Of a stretch of DNA of 64,000 nt, positions 62,142-64,000 are shown in pieces (position 1 is the first letter of the stretch; every line of letters starts with the position of its first letter). The position numbers were made by a program, and so were the translations under genes. Source of the stretch: an uncultured Verrucomicrobiae bacterium (GTDB taxonomy: Bacteria > Verrucomicrobiota > Verrucomicrobiia > Chthoniobacterales > SZAS-18); assembly GCA_963762725.1 (NCBI GenBank), contig CAVXLY010000005.1:1220989-1284988 (forward strand), given 5' to 3'. The notes beneath the pieces were generated by a model. That model did no database searches. It worked only from the letters and a program-made list of their open reading frames with translations, and was not told the DNA's origin.

Positions 62142-62546
62142 CTACCCGGGGCCACCACTACCTCGCGAGCCAGCCACTCCACGCAGCGCCAGCCAGCCCC
62201 AGGCCACGAGAAAACAGATCCCACCCAGAGGCGTGATCGCCCCCAGCCAGCGCACGCCCGTCAGCGCCAGCAGATACAGGCTGCCGCTGAAAATGACGAT
62301 GCCCAGCAGCATCAACCCTCCCGGACCCCGCACCCCGGCAGCCCCGCTCCGGCCCAGACCGAAGAGCCCCAGCACAAATGCCGCGAGCGCATGCGTGAGA
62401 TGGTAAAACACGGCCGTCTGCCAGACCGCCGCGTAGCCGCCAGCCTCCAGTTTTTCCTTGAGCGCGTGCGCGCCAAACGCGCCGAGCGCGACAGCCAGAA
62501 ACGCTGCACCCGCGGCGAGGCGAAGAAGCCCGTCCGATGATTTCAT
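62142..62546 (-). CDS. DUF423 (YgdD-like) membrane protein
   Basis: 134 aa with four hydrophobic segments. The GAFGAHAL...YHLTHALA pattern is typical of DUF423. Confidence 0.8.
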   Translation of the reverse strand: MKSSDGLLRLAAGAAFLAVALGAFGAHALKEKLEAGGYAAVWQTAVFYHLTHALAAFVLGLFGLGRSGAAGVRGPGGLMLLGIVIFSGSLYLLALTGVRWLGAITPLGGICFLVAWGWLALRGVAGSRGSGGPG

Positions 62547-62624
62547 GAAAAGAAAAGCTGGCGCAAGATCGTCCGTCCGCCCGGGATGGCGATCCGCCCG
62601 GGAGCCGCGATCCGGGAAGCGGTC

Positions 62625-64000
62625 TCAGCGGTTTCCATTGCCATTCCCCGCCGGTGCCGGTGTCGGGCCGATGCCCACCGGTGCCGGCGGCGCCGTCTGG
62701 AACAACGACCGTTGCTGCGCGGGCGGCTGCTGCAACAGCACCGCCGACGGCATCAACCCCGGCGCGACTAGTGCCGCCGAGCGCGGATTGCCGGTGGGAT
62801 CCGGCGCGTTGCCGCCGCCGCCCCGCAGCGAGTAGGCGGCGTAGAACGGGCTGAGCTCACGCGTCGTCTCGAAATTCCGGAAAAAAACGTCTTCCAGCCG
62901 AGAGGCGATGTAAGCCCGTTGTTGATTTTGGAAAGCTCGCGTCATCAACGCCGCCGCCTGCTCGACCCGGCCGCGTTGCAACTCGATCGCCGCGCCGGTG
63001 AGCAGCCAGTCCGGCGGCGGGACCGCCAGCGACAGCTTCGCGCCCAGCTCCGGCACGATCTGCTCGGCCTCGCCCATCTCGATCCGGGTCAGCCGCAGCA
63101 CGAAATTGAAAAATTCCTCCTGCTGCGCATCGTCCACCCGCTGGATGGCTTGTTGCAGGCGGTGCGCCGCTTCCTGCAGCTTGCCGCCGCGCCGCAGCGT
63201 TTGAGCGAGAAAGAAATACCAGCGCGAGTTCAGCGGCTCCGCGCGGGTCGCCGCGGTGAGGCTCTCGATGGCGGTGCGCGAGTTGCCGGTGCGCCCCGCC
63301 AGAAGCCCGCGCAACGCGTAACAATCCGCGGTGTTCTCGCCCACGCTCAGCGCACGGTTCACCCAAGTCGTGGCCCTCGGCAGATCGCCCTGGCGCATGG
63401 CCAGTTCCGCCAGGCGATAAGCGGCCCCGGGCACCCGCGGATCCAGAGCATAAGCTTGCTCGTAGAAACGGACGGCTTTGGCCGGTTCCTTCGCTTTTTC
63501 CGCCGCGAGCCCTTCATCCACGAGCGCCAGCGCGCGGACCGTGACCGGCTCCGGAGAAATGGCGCGCGCCGCCACGCTGCCGGGCGGCAGCGGCGGCATC
63601 TGCAGCAGCTCCGCGGCGCCGGGCGCGTTGCCGCTCGGCACCGGCAGGCTGGGCGCCTCGGCGGATGCGGGCATCGGCCGCTGGAGCCGGGGATAAACCC
63701 ACCAGCCGATCCCCAGCCCGGCCAGCAGCGTGATCCCGCTGATCCAAAACGGCAGCCGGCTCGTCCGCCGAGTCGGCCGCTGGGTGTGCCCAAGCTGCGG
63801 AGTGATCCGCGCCCCGCGTCGGCGCCGGAAGGTTTCATCTCCCGGTGCGGCATCCTGACCGGTGCCGATGTCGCCGGCGGTTTCCGGCGCCAGCGGGTCC
63901 GCTGGGAGGGAGGGATCGGCTGGCAGCCCGTAGGCCGGGTCGGCCTCTGTCGGGCCCGGCGCTCCGGGCTCGGGCTCTGCCGGTGCCGATGATGTCCTGG
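62625..64000 (-). CDS. membrane-anchored TPR protein, N-terminus outside window
   Basis: Track ORF 62625..63674 is extended. The same frame stays open to the window edge and encodes a Pro-rich segment and a TM helix (LPFWISGITLLAGLGIGWWVY) just upstream of the listed Met. TPR-like units follow (AVRFYEQAYALDPRVPGAAYRLAELAMRQGD...). Confidence 0.65.
   Translation of the reverse strand, partial: RTSSAPAEPEPGAPGPTEADPAYGLPADPSLPADPLAPETAGDIGTGQDAAPGDETFRRRRGARITPQLGHTQRPTRRTSRLPFWISGITLLAGLGIGWWVYPRLQRPMPASAEAPSLPVPSGNAPGAAELLQMPPLPPGSVAARAISPEPVTVRALALVDEGLAAEKAKEPAKAVRFYEQAYALDPRVPGAAYRLAELAMRQGDLPRATTWVNRALSVGENTADCYALRGLLAGRTGNSRTAIESLTAATRAEPLNSRWYFFLAQTLRRGGKLQEAAHRLQQAIQRVDDAQQEEFFNFVLRLTRIEMGEAEQIVPELGAKLSLAVPPPDWLLTGAAIELQRGRVEQAAALMTRAFQNQQRAYIASRLEDVFFRNFETTRELSPFYAAYSLRGGGGNAPDPTGNPRSAALVAPGLMPSAVLLQQPPAQQRSLFQTAPPAPVGIGPTPAPAGNGNGNR

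Overview
Very GC-rich bacterial chromosomal segment with about 55 protein-coding genes on both strands. I found no rRNA, tRNA, CRISPR array, transposase or integrase.

Taxonomy (inference only): the gene content suggests a Verrucomicrobiota/Opitutales-like or other PVC/Acidobacteria-type heterotroph. The indicators are:
- an ECF sigma factor translationally coupled to a TPR Ser/Thr kinase
- Tat-signal aldo/keto reductases
- YVTN/HAF-type secreted repeat proteins
- a Gly-rich RRM protein
- palindromic intergenic repeats

Layout, by coordinate:
1. 0.7-5.4 kb: periplasmic asparaginase and the ECF-sigma/kinase pair.
2. 5.6-10.3 kb: two secreted repeat proteins sharing a near-identical ~118-aa Tyr/Phe-rich C-terminal domain.
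3. 10.3-13 kb: Tat aldo/keto reductase and gamma-glutamyltranspeptidase.
4. 13.1-17.4 kb: DUF104-MazF toxin-antitoxin pair, a gene remnant, and a signal-less subtilase plus alpha/beta-hydrolase pair. This is the most island-like part of the window and my best candidate for an undescribed conflict module.
5. 17.6-27.7 kb: cell-wall enzymes, small secreted proteins, a polytopic membrane protein, a second Tat aldo/keto reductase, an endonuclease III-like protein, and a hypothetical protein with PI3/4-kinase-like catalytic motifs.
6. 28-41 kb: nitrate assimilation cluster nrtABCD-narB-(CysJ-like flavoprotein)-nirA, followed by a cysteine-cluster-less truncated NirA paralog and a DEDDh exonuclease.
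7. 41.9-64 kb: housekeeping genes (aroG, a DUF4139 protein, GT2, photolyase, Uma2 nuclease, Fcy1-type cytosine deaminase, RRM protein, dnaX-ybaB, tkt, pabCB, hisG, an unlisted 34-aa bS22-like ORF, TPR proteins, HIT, DUF423).

Sequence quality: at least about 25 reading-frame breaks interrupt otherwise well-conserved genes. Almost all isolated breaks are +1 and sit at short homopolymers. Two segments are especially dense, 20.9-22.1 kb and 53.9-56.3 kb. These look like sequencing or assembly indels rather than true pseudogenes.

Shadow ORFs: many long ORFs in the supplied track are GC-driven antisense ORFs and were rejected.
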